Assembly: GCA_045863235.1 (NCBI GenBank)
Contig: BTUM01000002.1
Coordinates: 32,001-96,000, forward strand
From: Candidatus Xenobia bacterium
GTDB taxonomy: Bacteria > Vulcanimicrobiota > Xenobia > Xenobiales > QWHO01
DNA: 64,000 bases
Direction: 5' to 3'
The notes under the pieces: generated by a model
Told to the model about the DNA's origin: nothing
Databases searched by the model: none
The model's input: only the letters and a program-made list of their open reading frames with translations
Translations under genes and position numbers: made by a program
Shown here: positions 20,075 through 33,385 of the stretch, in pieces
Layout of the letters: each line of letters opens with the position of its first letter
Position numbering within the stretch: the first letter of the stretch is position 1

Positions 20075-22996
20075 TTAGTTCGCCCCCGGGAAATTGGTCA
20101 CGCCCAGCGGCCGCTTGCCCTGGTCGACCATCTTGACGAACGCTTCCACGACCTGCGGGTCGAACTGCGTGCCGGCGCCCTTCTTGAGCTGCTCCAGAGC
20201 AGCCTCAGGAGGGAGAGCCTTGGCCGCGTCGGGGCGCTCGGCGATGTTCCAGCGCTTCTCGGTCATGGCGTCGTAGGCGTCGGCCACCGCCAGGATGCGA
20301 GCCCCGATAGGGATCTGCTCGCCAGCCAGGCCGGCCGGGTAGCCCTTGCCGTCAAAGCGCTCGTGATGGTGAGTGACCACCTGCTGGGCTCCCGGACTGG
20401 TCTGGAAAGCCTCGAAGTAAGGCTTGAGGCGATCGGGCGAAACGTGCTGCTTCATCGCAGCGAACTCCTCGTCGGTGTACTTGCCCACTTTGTCAAGGAT
20501 CTCTTTGGGGACGTCGATCTTGCCGATGTCATACACTTGACCTGCCTCGTGCAGGGTTGCAGCGTCCTGAGCGTTCAGCCCCATCACCTCGGCCAGTGTG
20601 TTGGCAATGGCATTGGCTCGCGCCTGGTGCTTCATCGTGTAGCCGCCCTCGAGCTGGCTGAACTCGGTGGAGATCTGGGCCAGGTTGCGCCCGTTCACCG
20701 AGATCTCCGGCTGGGCCTGAGCGGCTGCCGCGTTCGCATCCATGATGGCCACCGCGTCGACGAGCTGAAGCATGTGGCTCGCTGCCTGATCGCCACCCTT
20801 GGCCGCCTCCAGCTTCTGCTGGATCTCAGCCATATCGCCGGCCTGAGCCTTGCTGACCAGAGCCCGGGCCGAAGCCAGTTGCTCGGGGGTAGCCCCGGCC
20901 ACCAGCGCCTCGGCCGCCTGGCGTGCCTGGGCCTGAACCTCCAGGATGCGGGCGTCGGCCTTCGCCAGGAAGGCGACCGCGGCCTGATCGCCACCGTCGG
21001 CGGCGGCCTTGATCTGGCTGACGACACCGGCGGCATTCGGGTCACCGTTCACCAGCGCGTTGACCAGGGCATCGACGGTGACGCCCTGATAGCTGTCAGC
21101 GGGTGGGGCTTGCGGCCTGGGAGCAGCGGCCGGCTCGGCCGGAGGCGCCGCCTGGGGACGGGGAGCCGCGGCGGGGGCCGGCTGACTCAGGGCGGCCTGC
21201 AGCTTGCCGGCCGTCTCCTGGTCGCCGTAGATGACGAACTTGATGTCCTTCACGTTCTGAGACCTGGCCGAGAAGTCGCGCACGGCCCGCGCCATGTCGG
21301 CGATCTTCTCGGCTTCGGTGCCGCCCACGTTCTTCATGACGCCCAGGCGCATAGCCGGGATGGACAAAGACTGCATCCCCGCTTTGTCGGCCGCTTCCAG
21401 GCCGGCAGTCAACACGTCGTAGAGCGGCTTGTTCAGGTCATCGACCACGAAGACCACATTCTTGAAGGCGCCCTGGTGGGCTTGCTGGGTGGTGGCGATC
21501 TTGACCTGGCCGGTCTGCCCGCCGATTAGCGACTGGGCCTGCTGGTGGAACTGGCCACCGCCTGCGCGACCGATGGCGCCGTCCACGCCACCGGCCCACA
21601 TGCCTTCGGAGTTGACCCCGGTGATGAGGCCGTCAGCGGGAACGCGGGTGATGTCGCCCATCTGCACGCTGACCGTGGGAGCCGTGCGAGCGGCGGCCGG
21701 GCTGGTGGCCACCTCGGCGGCCGGGGCCATGTTCCGCGGGGGAGCGTTGGCCGGCTGCTGGGCCGGGCTGGCCCCCTGCATCTGGCTCATGATCTGCTGA
21801 GCGCCCGCCATGTCTCCCCGATTGAGAGCGTCTTGCAGCGAGGCCAGCAGTTGCTCCTGGGTGGCCGGCGCGGGACCGGGCACCGGGCCCGAAGGCGGGG
21901 CGGGGCCAGCCGGGGGTGGCGTAGGCGGCGGCGAGCCGGCCGCGGCCGCGTTCACCGGCGGGGTGGGAGGCGCGAAACCGGCGGCCTGAGCGGGCTGGGG
22001 CTGGATGAAGTGGGCCAGGCCCGGGAAGATGGCTCCGGCTCCGGCGGCCGAGAAGGGCATCAGGTGCATCTCTTGCTGCTGGCGGCTGCGCCACCACTTC
22101 TGCACGGGGGCGTTCTTCCAGTCGAAAAAGCCGTTGTAGCCGTTCTTGTTGCTGGCTGTGGCGTGCCCGAGCAGTGAACCGCCAGTGACGCTGTAGCCTT
22201 GCTGGGAGTTGCCCTTTACGGTGAGAGGGTCTTCCTGACGCGGAGCCGGGCCGCCGATGCCGAAGGCCCGACCCAGGCTGGACATGATCCCGCCCTCCTG
22301 GGCCTGGTTGGCCTGCGGGGTCTCGCTGACTTGCGAGCCCCATACCTGGCCTTTTGGATTCTCGAAAATCTGCGTGTACTGCTTGCCCTGGGCCGTGGTC
22401 ACCTCGTTGAATACGCTGATCTTGGTGCCATCGGCGGCGATCATCTGGGCGTGCTCGCGAACCAGGCCTTCCGGTCGCTGCTGGAAGGGTGAGCTGACCC
22501 CGTATTCAGCCTTCTCGGGATCGAGGATGAGCAGGGTGGGGTTATTGGCCTCCATCTGGACATACAGCTTGCCGTCGCTGCCCATCTGGGCGTTCAGGCC
22601 GATGGGCTGGTCGGGGTTGGATGGGTTGAACATCTTGGCCTGCACGCTGCCGTCGAGACTGCGCTGCACGGCAACCTGGACCGGCAGGAAGGGACCGGCC
22701 GGGAGCACCGCCTGGAAGGCCACTCCGCCCTGATCGCGCAACAGTTGCAGCCCGCTGGGATAGGCTTTGACGGTCTGCTGAGCCTGCTGGGCCTGTTGGG
22801 CGCCGCCCATCTGGGTGGGTGGCTGGGGAACCGAGCCAGCCAGCCCATCGGAACCGTAGTCGTGACCCGCCGGAGGCTGGCCCTGAACCTGGCCGCGATT
22901 GGCCCAGCCCGCGATGTACGAGGCTCCATTTGCTCCGGGCTGATTGACAGGGTTGCTTCCGTTCATTGACCAGACCCTCCTCGGTTGGATATCCAC
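20075..22996 (-). CDS. Multidomain protein: Pro/Gln-rich N-terminus + macrodomain + helical region + degenerate HD-GYP domain
   Basis: GDITRVPADGLITGVNS..WAGGVDGAIGRAGG (macro); YDIGK, HHHERFDGKGYP, RILAVADAYDAMT, GTQFDP (HD-GYP); start may be ATG 22966. Confidence 0.8.
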   Translation of the reverse strand: MDIQPRRVWSMNGSNPVNQPGANGASYIAGWANRGQVQGQPPAGHDYGSDGLAGSVPQPPTQMGGAQQAQQAQQTVKAYPSGLQLLRDQGGVAFQAVLPAGPFLPVQVAVQRSLDGSVQAKMFNPSNPDQPIGLNAQMGSDGKLYVQMEANNPTLLILDPEKAEYGVSSPFQQRPEGLVREHAQMIAADGTKISVFNEVTTAQGKQYTQIFENPKGQVWGSQVSETPQANQAQEGGIMSSLGRAFGIGGPAPRQEDPLTVKGNSQQGYSVTGGSLLGHATASNKNGYNGFFDWKNAPVQKWWRSRQQQEMHLMPFSAAGAGAIFPGLAHFIQPQPAQAAGFAPPTPPVNAAAAGSPPPTPPPAGPAPPSGPVPGPAPATQEQLLASLQDALNRGDMAGAQQIMSQMQGASPAQQPANAPPRNMAPAAEVATSPAAARTAPTVSVQMGDITRVPADGLITGVNSEGMWAGGVDGAIGRAGGGQFHQQAQSLIGGQTGQVKIATTQQAHQGAFKNVVFVVDDLNKPLYDVLTAGLEAADKAGMQSLSIPAMRLGVMKNVGGTEAEKIADMARAVRDFSARSQNVKDIKFVIYGDQETAGKLQAALSQPAPAAAPRPQAAPPAEPAAAPRPQAPPADSYQGVTVDALVNALVNGDPNAAGVVSQIKAAADGGDQAAVAFLAKADARILEVQAQARQAAEALVAGATPEQLASARALVSKAQAGDMAEIQQKLEAAKGGDQAASHMLQLVDAVAIMDANAAAAQAQPEISVNGRNLAQISTEFSQLEGGYTMKHQARANAIANTLAEVMGLNAQDAATLHEAGQVYDIGKIDVPKEILDKVGKYTDEEFAAMKQHVSPDRLKPYFEAFQTSPGAQQVVTHHHERFDGKGYPAGLAGEQIPIGARILAVADAYDAMTEKRWNIAERPDAAKALPPEAALEQLKKGAGTQFDPQVVEAFVKMVDQGKRPLGVTNFPGAN

Positions 22997-23035
22997 TTCT
23001 TGTTTCCCACGCGGAGCGGAAAATTCACTGAAAGG

Positions 23036-24958
23036 TTACACGTGGGTGCGCTGGCCGTTCCAGAAGGAGACGGCGTTCCCCCCGGAAGAGCGGGACATGC
23101 CGATGGCGGCCTCGACGCGCTGCTGGAGCTGCTCCTCGTTGGTGGCATCGTGGGGCACGCCCGCCACTCCGACGGAAGCGGTGAGGGAGACCTTGGCGGG
23201 GCCATTGCCGAAAGGCCGCGCGTGGATCGCGGCCCGTATCCGCTCGCCGATGTCGTAGGCGTTGTTGCGGTCTGAGTGCACGAGGAGGACAGCGAAGTCG
23301 GCCCCTTCCAGGCGCGCAGGAATGTCGGTCTCCCGGGTCGCCTGACGAATGATCTCGGCCACGTCTTTCAAGATTTGCTCGCAGATTTCCTGGCCCAGAG
23401 CGGCTTGAATCTCTTCAAATCGGTCCAGCGAAAGCAGGATTTGAGACACCGGGTAGGTGTAGCGTCGACCCCGCATCACCTCCTCGCGAGTGCGCTCGTG
23501 CAAGTAGAGACCGTTGTAGAGGTGGGTCAAAGGGTCATTGAGCCCGCCCGTAATGGTGCGCTGATACAAGAGCGAGTTGGCCAGGGCCGCGCTGGCCACC
23601 TGACAGTACTCTTGCAGCAACTCCATCTCCTCGGAACGATACTGACCTGGATTGGGGCGGCCCAGGTAGATGGCCCCCAGCACATCGCCCCCGGTGGCCA
23701 GGGGGGCCACCAGGGCGCTTTTCTCATAGACAAGCAGGGTGGGAAGCTCCACTCCACCTTCGACGGCCACCGCCCCGTTGTCGATCTTGAGCGAGCGACG
23801 CTGGCTGGCGCAGTAGCCGGGGGCACCCTCATTGAGCTGCAGGGTGAGGTTGCGGAACATATCGGTGTAAGGGCTGGCAGCCACCTCGGCAAACAGCTCT
23901 CTGGTCCCGTCCACCTCGTCGAGCAAGAAGATCACGCAAGTCTGGCTGGGCAAGAGCTCTTGCAGGTGCTGGGTCATGGCCAGCAGGGTATCGGACAGGT
24001 GCAGACTCTGGTGCAGCACCCGGTAGTAGCTGTCCAGCTCGCGCATGAACTCGAGCGTCTGGTTGAGCTGCTCGATGGCGGCCTGGTTCTGCTTGATGCT
24101 CTCGCGCATCCCGGCCAGCTCGCGCTCGGCCGATTGTCGCTCCTTGCGCGAGGTGCTGGCCAGACGGTGCTCGAGTTCAGTGATCACCGTCTCGAGCGAA
24201 TCTTTCTGAGCGCGGGCCTGGTGCAGCTCCTCAGCCATCTCTTCGAGCTTGCCCAGCAACTGCTGGCTGGTGACCTCGAGCTCGGCCAGGCGCTCCTCCC
24301 GGTCGCCCACCTCACCGAAAACCTCGCCCACTTCCTTGGTCTTGAGCTGGATCTCCTCAAAAAGCATCTGCTTCTCATGTCCGGCCGCGACCTCGAGCTT
24401 GAAGCGCTCGAAGCGCTCGCGCCCGACCAGGCTGAGAAGCCATAAGAGCAGGGCTGAGAGCAGGCCCTGAATGCCAGCCAGGTTGAGTTGGAAGATGACC
24501 GCAGCCTTGTTCTGGGTGGTCTTGAGCATCTCCAGCAGAGGTAGACCGCTGATCAAGCCATAGAACGACCCCCCGATCAGCAGCACCGCCAGGCCCAGGC
24601 TGCTGCCCAGATAAGTGGCCGTTTCCAGCACCGGCAGGGTGAATCCCAGCACCAGATAGGGCGGGCCGAACACGTAGGTGAGAATGGCTCCCATCAGGGC
24701 GTCCACGGCCATGATGGCGCCCCCCACCGTATTGTTGGGCACCTTGAGCACGATGAAAGCGGCGATCAGGTGATAGAATATCACCGCTGCTGTCACCAGG
24801 GAGGGTTGCTTCTCCAGTGCTTCCGGCAAATGAGCAAACTGCTGAGTGTGATTGAGAGAAAGGGAAATTGCAATGAGCAGGCCCATCGCTCGGACTCCCA
24901 CCAGGAACCAGCGAAGCGCCAGGGAGGGCTCGTTCGGCAGGGAGAGTTGCGCTGGCAT
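23036..24958 (-). CDS. Membrane protein with coiled coil, GAF and degenerate GGDEF domains
   Basis: 5-6 TM helices; heptad-rich region; GAF (SALVAPL...LGAIYL); DPLTHLYN, RETD I-site, RLEGADF in place of GGDEF. Confidence 0.8.
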   Translation of the reverse strand: MPAQLSLPNEPSLALRWFLVGVRAMGLLIAISLSLNHTQQFAHLPEALEKQPSLVTAAVIFYHLIAAFIVLKVPNNTVGGAIMAVDALMGAILTYVFGPPYLVLGFTLPVLETATYLGSSLGLAVLLIGGSFYGLISGLPLLEMLKTTQNKAAVIFQLNLAGIQGLLSALLLWLLSLVGRERFERFKLEVAAGHEKQMLFEEIQLKTKEVGEVFGEVGDREERLAELEVTSQQLLGKLEEMAEELHQARAQKDSLETVITELEHRLASTSRKERQSAERELAGMRESIKQNQAAIEQLNQTLEFMRELDSYYRVLHQSLHLSDTLLAMTQHLQELLPSQTCVIFLLDEVDGTRELFAEVAASPYTDMFRNLTLQLNEGAPGYCASQRRSLKIDNGAVAVEGGVELPTLLVYEKSALVAPLATGGDVLGAIYLGRPNPGQYRSEEMELLQEYCQVASAALANSLLYQRTITGGLNDPLTHLYNGLYLHERTREEVMRGRRYTYPVSQILLSLDRFEEIQAALGQEICEQILKDVAEIIRQATRETDIPARLEGADFAVLLVHSDRNNAYDIGERIRAAIHARPFGNGPAKVSLTASVGVAGVPHDATNEEQLQQRVEAAIGMSRSSGGNAVSFWNGQRTHV

Positions 24959-25068
24959 CGTCTTTTATCAGGCCTGACCGGTAGAGATTTATTCCATGCC
25001 GATCAATGCCGATCCTGCTCCAACAGCGATCCAGGAGGCAGGCAGAGAGCGTCGAAGCTGCCGCGCCC

Positions 25069-28365
<3,297 letters not shown>

Positions 28366-28369
28366 AGGG

Positions 28370-28747
28370 TCAAGCCAGGGCGGCCAGCGACCAGCCCAGG
28401 TTATCGAAGCGGAAGGTGGCCGTGCCGATGCGGTGACCGGCCCGCATGAGAGGGCAGAAGACCTGGTCTCCGACCGACTGCTCCTCCCCCAGCCGAAGCA
28501 GGCCGTGGGGGTTGGTGATGAGGTTCTCGAGCTTGCGCAGGAGGGGCTCTTCGCCGTCCTGACGGACCTGACTTTTGAAGCGGTTGCGCAGGGGGGTGTC
28601 GAGCACTGCCCAGAGGGCGTCGGGTTGTCCCTTCAGCACGGCCCGGGTGAACGTGTCGAAGGTGGAGCGAGGGGTGCGCCGGTCAATCTTGACCGTGATC
28701 TTTTGTTCGCTCGCGGGGCACTCGCTCAAGGTCTGCGTAAGGACCAT
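28370..28747 (-). CDS. Hypothetical protein
   Basis: 125-aa ORF with GGAGG RBS; fills the gap convergent to mfd. Confidence 0.6.
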   Translation of the reverse strand: MVLTQTLSECPASEQKITVKIDRRTPRSTFDTFTRAVLKGQPDALWAVLDTPLRNRFKSQVRQDGEEPLLRKLENLITNPHGLLRLGEEQSVGDQVFCPLMRAGHRIGTATFRFDNLGWSLAALA

Positions 28748-28865
28748 CCGAACCTCCGATCCGACTCCGGTGCTGCCGGGACCGAGGTCATCGTAATTTG
28801 CCGGATGGTTACAGATGTAAACAGAGTGTTAACAAATGGAAACGGGGATCGATTTTGTTACCGGC

Positions 28866-29213
28866 TTATGAACGGCCGGTCAGAGCGCGCAGATCCTCGC
28901 GATCCAGGGGAGCGCCCTTGAGCACGGACAGGAACTTGTGGATGCGCCGGCGGATGTGCTCGGCGACCCAGCCGATGGCCGCACCCCAGGCGATCCCGAT
29001 GACGAGCAGATAGGGAGGCTCGGAGGGGCAGAAGAGCATGGTCAAAATGGCGCTGGAAGCAAAGCCCAGAGCCAATCCCAACTGTACCAGGGCGGGAACG
29101 GTCAAACGTCGGACCTTTTTGCGGACCACGGGCCGGGCCAGGCCAGGCCGCTGGCGCTGGGCCTCCTCGAAGGCCAGCTTGTTGGCGTAATAAGTATAGA
29201 CATTGACCGTCAT
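28866..29213 (-). CDS. Hypothetical two-TM membrane protein
   Basis: Two hydrophobic segments; -10 hexamer TAAACT 6 nt before ATG. Confidence 0.65.
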   Translation of the reverse strand: MTVNVYTYYANKLAFEEAQRQRPGLARPVVRKKVRRLTVPALVQLGLALGFASSAILTMLFCPSEPPYLLVIGIAWGAAIGWVAEHIRRRIHKFLSVLKGAPLDREDLRALTGRS

Positions 29214-29219
29214 AACCCG

Positions 29220-29291
29220 AGTTTAGGAAAGCGACCTGAAAGCTCGCTGAAACAGAATGTTCAGTTTTCTTTGAGCAGGGGATGGCAGTTT
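29220..29291. promoter_or_regulatory. Divergent promoter pair, each with the 11-bp-period TTTCAG-type repeat
   Basis: Minus: TTTCAGC-N4-TTTCAGG-N9-TAAACT-N6-ATG; plus: GTTCAGT-N4-TTTGAGC-N9-CAGTTT-N7-ATG. Confidence 0.55.
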
Positions 29292-29298
29292 GGGAGAG

Positions 29299-30111
29299 AT
29301 GGAGATCAAGTCCCCTTCTCGCGAGCTGATCGGTCAGGCCCTGCGGGCCCAGAGCGCCGAGCTGCTTCGCACTGGCCAGGTCGCCGAGGCCACGCGAGTG
29401 CAGCAAGACCTGACCGTTTTGTCAGGAGCACCCGGCGACAGTCTTTACGACAAGCACTTTGAAGCCAGCGAGCGCGCTCGGGCTACCTGGCCCAAGCATG
29501 AGAGTGTAGCAGCCTCCTGGAAGGCCAGCCCGGCATTCTTTGGGGCCGAGCTGGTGGGGGCCGCCGGGCTGGCAGCAGCCTGGCTCTTTCGCCACGAGCC
29601 GATCGTGGCCGGCGCTGGTCTGGCTGTCACCGCCGGGGTGGCTGCTCTGCACGTGGTCTACCAGGTCAAAGCCCGCCGGCGCAGCCAGGCTCAAGCCGTT
29701 CTGCAGGCCATCGCCCGCCGACAGGACGCGATCTGCAACTTCGTTCCCAGCAATGCGCCCACACCATTGAACATCGAGCGCAACGCCTTCATGGCCACAT
29801 TGAAGGGTCAGGAGGCCCGTCTAGTCGAGAACCGCGACTACGCCGGCGCTGGGAACCTGCGCCGGCTGCGCGAGGGCCTCGAGCCTGTGCCCGGGCAGAC
29901 CGTGGATGAGCTGTTCGAGAATCTGCTTCAGGATGGATCGCGCAAGGAGACCCTGCAGCTCTTGCAAGGGGACTGCAGCCAGCAAGTCTTCGAAGGCCTC
30001 AGAGCCCTGGCCGAGGTGGTCAAGCTGACCTCTCCCGGTCAGGGCGGGCTCCAGGATGGCGCCGACTCGGTGGTCGTGGGCGGCGTGGTCATCCGCAAGC
30101 GCGCGGCGTAA
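29299..30111 (+). CDS. Hypothetical two-TM protein with C-terminal VVVGGVVIRKR motif
   Basis: 270-aa ORF, central hydrophobic hairpin. Confidence 0.65.
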   Translation: MEIKSPSRELIGQALRAQSAELLRTGQVAEATRVQQDLTVLSGAPGDSLYDKHFEASERARATWPKHESVAASWKASPAFFGAELVGAAGLAAAWLFRHEPIVAGAGLAVTAGVAALHVVYQVKARRRSQAQAVLQAIARRQDAICNFVPSNAPTPLNIERNAFMATLKGQEARLVENRDYAGAGNLRRLREGLEPVPGQTVDELFENLLQDGSRKETLQLLQGDCSQQVFEGLRALAEVVKLTSPGQGGLQDGADSVVVGGVVIRKRAA

Positions 30112-30195
30112 TCGGGACCCGGGCGGCCCGAACTGGTGCTCGGGGTTCGCCGGTCGGGGCGCGGGGCCACCCGCGTCAATCCGCCCCAAAACAAG

Positions 30196-30223
30196 GAGAA
30201 GGCCCCCCTGCGGGAGCCTTCTC
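30196..30223 (-). terminator. Intrinsic terminator of ftsZ
   Basis: GAGAAGGC...GCCTTCTC stem followed on the minus strand by CTTGTTTT. Confidence 0.65.
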
Positions 30224-30248
30224 GACCAGTCGCCGCGCAGGCGAGCGG

Positions 30249-31541
30249 TTAGTTGTTGCCCTTGGTGCGACGGAAGATGGCGGGCTCGAGGTCGACATCG
30301 CGCAGCGAGCTGCCGAAGGAGATCTCTTCCTTGATGCCACCGAGGGTGAAGGCAGCGTCGTCGGAGTCGACGGGCTGGCCGGGCAGCGACTGGAAGCCGG
30401 TGGCCACCACGGTGATGCGAACCTCGCCTTCCATGCGCTCGTCCTGCACCGACCCGAAGATGATCTGAGCGTCGGGGTCGACGGCCTCGTAGATGATCCG
30501 GGCGGCTTCGTTGAGCTCGAGGAGAGTGAGGTCGGGTCCGCCGGTGACATTGAACAGCACACCGGTGGCACCGTCGATGCTGGCCTCGAGCAAGGGGCTG
30601 GAGATGGCCGCGCGAGCAGCCTCGACAGCGCGATTCTCGCCCGAAGCAACGCCAATCCCGAGCAACGCCGAGCCAGCGTCGGCCATGATGGCCTGCACGT
30701 CAGCAAAGTCGACGTTGATACGACCCGGAACGGTGATGATCTCGGAGATACCCTGCACGCCGTTGCGCAGCACGTCGTCGGCGAGCCGGAAAGCGTCGGC
30801 AATCGACTCCTTGTCGCTGACGATCTTGAGCAGACGGTCGTTGGGGATGGTGATGATGGTGTCAACCTTGGATTTGAGCTGCTTGATGCCTTCCTCGGCC
30901 AGCTCCATCCGGCGGCGCCCCTCGAACACGAAAGGCTTGGTGACGACGGCCACGGTCAACGCGCCTGCCTGGCGTGCCAACTCGGCCACCACGGGACTGG
31001 CCCCGGTTCCCGTACCGCCCCCCATACCGGCGGTGATGAACACCATGTCGGCGCCCTCGATGGCCTTGAGCACCTCTTCGGAGTTCTCTTCCACGGCTTT
31101 CTTTCCGCAGTCAGGGTTCGAGCCAGCGCCCAGACCCTTGGTGACGGTCGAGCCGATGTGGATGCGCTGGTCGGCGTCACAGAGGAACAGCGCCTGGGCA
31201 TCGGTATTGATGGCGATGAACTCGACACCACCGAGCCCCTCCTGGATCATCCGGCTGACCGCGTTGCAGCCGGCTCCACCGACTCCGATCACTTTGATAC
31301 CGGCAAAGTGCTCGACCTGGCCGCGATGCTCACCCGAGGCGGCCTTCTTGGGAGTGCTGGCAGCCGCGATAGGCTGACGCAGCACTGGCTGGCCCACGTT
31401 CGGCTTGGCAGGCTGCCCGGCGCGAGGAGCGGCGGAAGGTCCGGCCATCGGCGGCGGCGGAGCGAGCAAGGGCTCCAGGCTCGGCTCCACAGCCGGCTCA
31501 GAGCTCTTGATTTCTGATTTCGTGTTGTCCTTGGGGTCCAT
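30249..31541 (-). CDS. ftsZ: Cell division protein FtsZ with Pro/Ala-rich N-terminal extension
   Basis: [32 protein letters not shown] tubulin signature, INVDFADV, C-terminal P.IFRR peptide. Confidence 0.96.
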   Translation of the reverse strand: MDPKDNTKSEIKSSEPAVEPSLEPLLAPPPPMAGPSAAPRAGQPAKPNVGQPVLRQPIAAASTPKKAASGEHRGQVEHFAGIKVIGVGGAGCNAVSRMIQEGLGGVEFIAINTDAQALFLCDADQRIHIGSTVTKGLGAGSNPDCGKKAVEENSEEVLKAIEGADMVFITAGMGGGTGTGASPVVAELARQAGALTVAVVTKPFVFEGRRRMELAEEGIKQLKSKVDTIITIPNDRLLKIVSDKESIADAFRLADDVLRNGVQGISEIITVPGRINVDFADVQAIMADAGSALLGIGVASGENRAVEAARAAISSPLLEASIDGATGVLFNVTGGPDLTLLELNEAARIIYEAVDPDAQIIFGSVQDERMEGEVRITVVATGFQSLPGQPVDSDDAAFTLGGIKEEISFGSSLRDVDLEPAIFRRTKGNN

Positions 31542-31844
31542 GGTTTACCCCCATCATTCAAAATTAGTGTGGTTTCTCAAGCTGCCCGGGTTGACCATCC
31601 CCCGCCCGAGCACGACCGGGAGGAAATGGCCCTGCGGACCGCCTCCATCCGGAAGGTCCCGACTATATCATGGACATCAAGACCATGGCTAGAGTCTGTA
31701 CGATTGGAGGGCAAGAAACTTCGCTGTGCAGTGTGATTTCGCTTCCAAATTTGAATTTCCTTCGAACACACGGCCGTTTTTTGCCCTTGCCTGCCGATTC
31801 GTTCCAAGGGGGTCTCGAGCGACGCCTGAGCGAACCCCAAGCGC

Positions 31845-32582
31845 GTGTCGGTGCTGGTTGTGGACATGCTCACCAAATCCTACGGGCAGACCCTGGCCGT
31901 GGATCGTGTCTCTTTCCAGGTGCGCCCCAACGAGATTGTGGGTCTGCTCGGGCCGAACGGCGCCGGCAAGACCACCACCATCAGCATGGTGCTGGGCGTG
32001 CTCGAGCCCAGCTCGGGCAGCATCCAGATCGAAGGCCTGGACATCGCCTGCCAGCGCTCGCGGGCTCTCAGCCGCACCAATTTCGCGGCTGTCTACGCCC
32101 CCCTTCCGGGTAACCTCACGGTGGAGCAGAATCTCCAGGTTTTCGGCCTGCTGTACGAGGTCAAAGGGCTGCAGCAGCGACTGGAGGTCTTGCTCGAGCG
32201 TTTCGACCTGATGAAATTCCGCCGCACCCGCTGCGGACTGCTCTCCTCGGGCGAGCATACTCGGGTGTGCCTGGCCAAAGCGATGCTCAACGAGCCTCAC
32301 CTGCTGCTTCTCGACGAGCCTACCGCCTCACTCGACCCCTCGACAGCCCGCGAGGTTCGCCAGCAGATTCGAGATTTTGCAGCCCAGGGCTCGGGCGGCG
32401 TGCTGTGGACCTCGCACAACATGTACGAGGTCGAGGACGTGTGCCACCGGGTGCTCTTTCTCTCGCGGGGAAAGATCTTGCTCGAGGGCGATCCGCGCAC
32501 CTTGCCCTCCGAGCACGGCAAGGCCAATCTGGAAGAGCTGTTCATCACCGTGGCCCGCGAGCCACTCTCGCTGGAGGCCTGA
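31845..32582 (+). CDS. ABC transporter ATP-binding protein
   Basis: GPNGAGKTT, LSSGE, LLLDEPT, SH. Confidence 0.92.
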   Translation: MSVLVVDMLTKSYGQTLAVDRVSFQVRPNEIVGLLGPNGAGKTTTISMVLGVLEPSSGSIQIEGLDIACQRSRALSRTNFAAVYAPLPGNLTVEQNLQVFGLLYEVKGLQQRLEVLLERFDLMKFRRTRCGLLSSGEHTRVCLAKAMLNEPHLLLLDEPTASLDPSTAREVRQQIRDFAAQGSGGVLWTSHNMYEVEDVCHRVLFLSRGKILLEGDPRTLPSEHGKANLEELFITVAREPLSLEA

Positions 32583-33385
32583 TGTCCCTCTCGCGGGTCT
32601 GGGCCATCGTGCTGCGCCAGCTCTACCTGATGAAGGGCAGCCCGTCGCGACTCATGCCCCTCTTCTTATGGGTGGCGATCGACATCGTGCTGTGGGGCTT
32701 CATCTCCCGCTTTCTCAACTCGGTCTCCCATTCCGGCATGGATTTCGTGCCCACCTTGCTGGGGGCGGTGTTGCTGTGGGATTTCTTCGCCCGGGTCATG
32801 CAGGGGGTCACCATCGCCTTCTTCGAGGACATCTGGTCGCGCAATTTCCTGAACCTGTTCTGCTCACCCCTCTCCGTGCCGGAGTATGTGGCCGGTCTTG
32901 TGGTGACGAGCATTGCCACCAGTCTGGTCGGGCTGCTGGTCATGCTGCTGATGAGCAGCGCGATCTTCGGTCTGTCCTTCTTCAGCTACGGACTGGCCCT
33001 GATCCCCTTTCTCCTGGTCCTCTTCGTCTTCGGCCTGGCGCTGGGAATTTTCGCCTGTGGAATCGTGCTGCAATTGGGGCCCTCGGCCGAGTGGTTCATC
33101 TGGCCCATTCCCGGCATGCTCTCCCCCTTCGCCGGGGTTTTCTACCCCCTGGCCACGCTCCCCCAGTGGATGCAGTGGATCGCGCACCTGCTGCCCCCCT
33201 CCTACGTCTTCGAGGGGATGCGAGCGGTGGTGGCCGGGGGCGGGATCCAGACCAGCGAGTTGGGCATCGCCACCTCGCTGGTGCTCGTCTACCTGCTGGG
33301 GGCCTGCTGGTTCTTCACCACTATCTACCGCCGGTCCGTCCGCAGCGGGCGCCTGGCTCGCTATAACGCCGAGGGATCAAGCTGA
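32582..33385 (+). CDS. ABC-2 type transporter permease
   Basis: Six TM helices, GVFYPLATLPQW..; TGATG coupling to the ATPase gene. Confidence 0.88.
   Translation: MSLSRVWAIVLRQLYLMKGSPSRLMPLFLWVAIDIVLWGFISRFLNSVSHSGMDFVPTLLGAVLLWDFFARVMQGVTIAFFEDIWSRNFLNLFCSPLSVPEYVAGLVVTSIATSLVGLLVMLLMSSAIFGLSFFSYGLALIPFLLVLFVFGLALGIFACGIVLQLGPSAEWFIWPIPGMLSPFAGVFYPLATLPQWMQWIAHLLPPSYVFEGMRAVVAGGGIQTSELGIATSLVLVYLLGACWFFTTIYRRSVRSGRLARYNAEGSS

Noticed and set aside
31545..31844. AT-richer gap upstream of ftsZ as a possible ncRNA or small ORF
   Set aside because: No convincing structure or coding signal; consistent with divergent promoters
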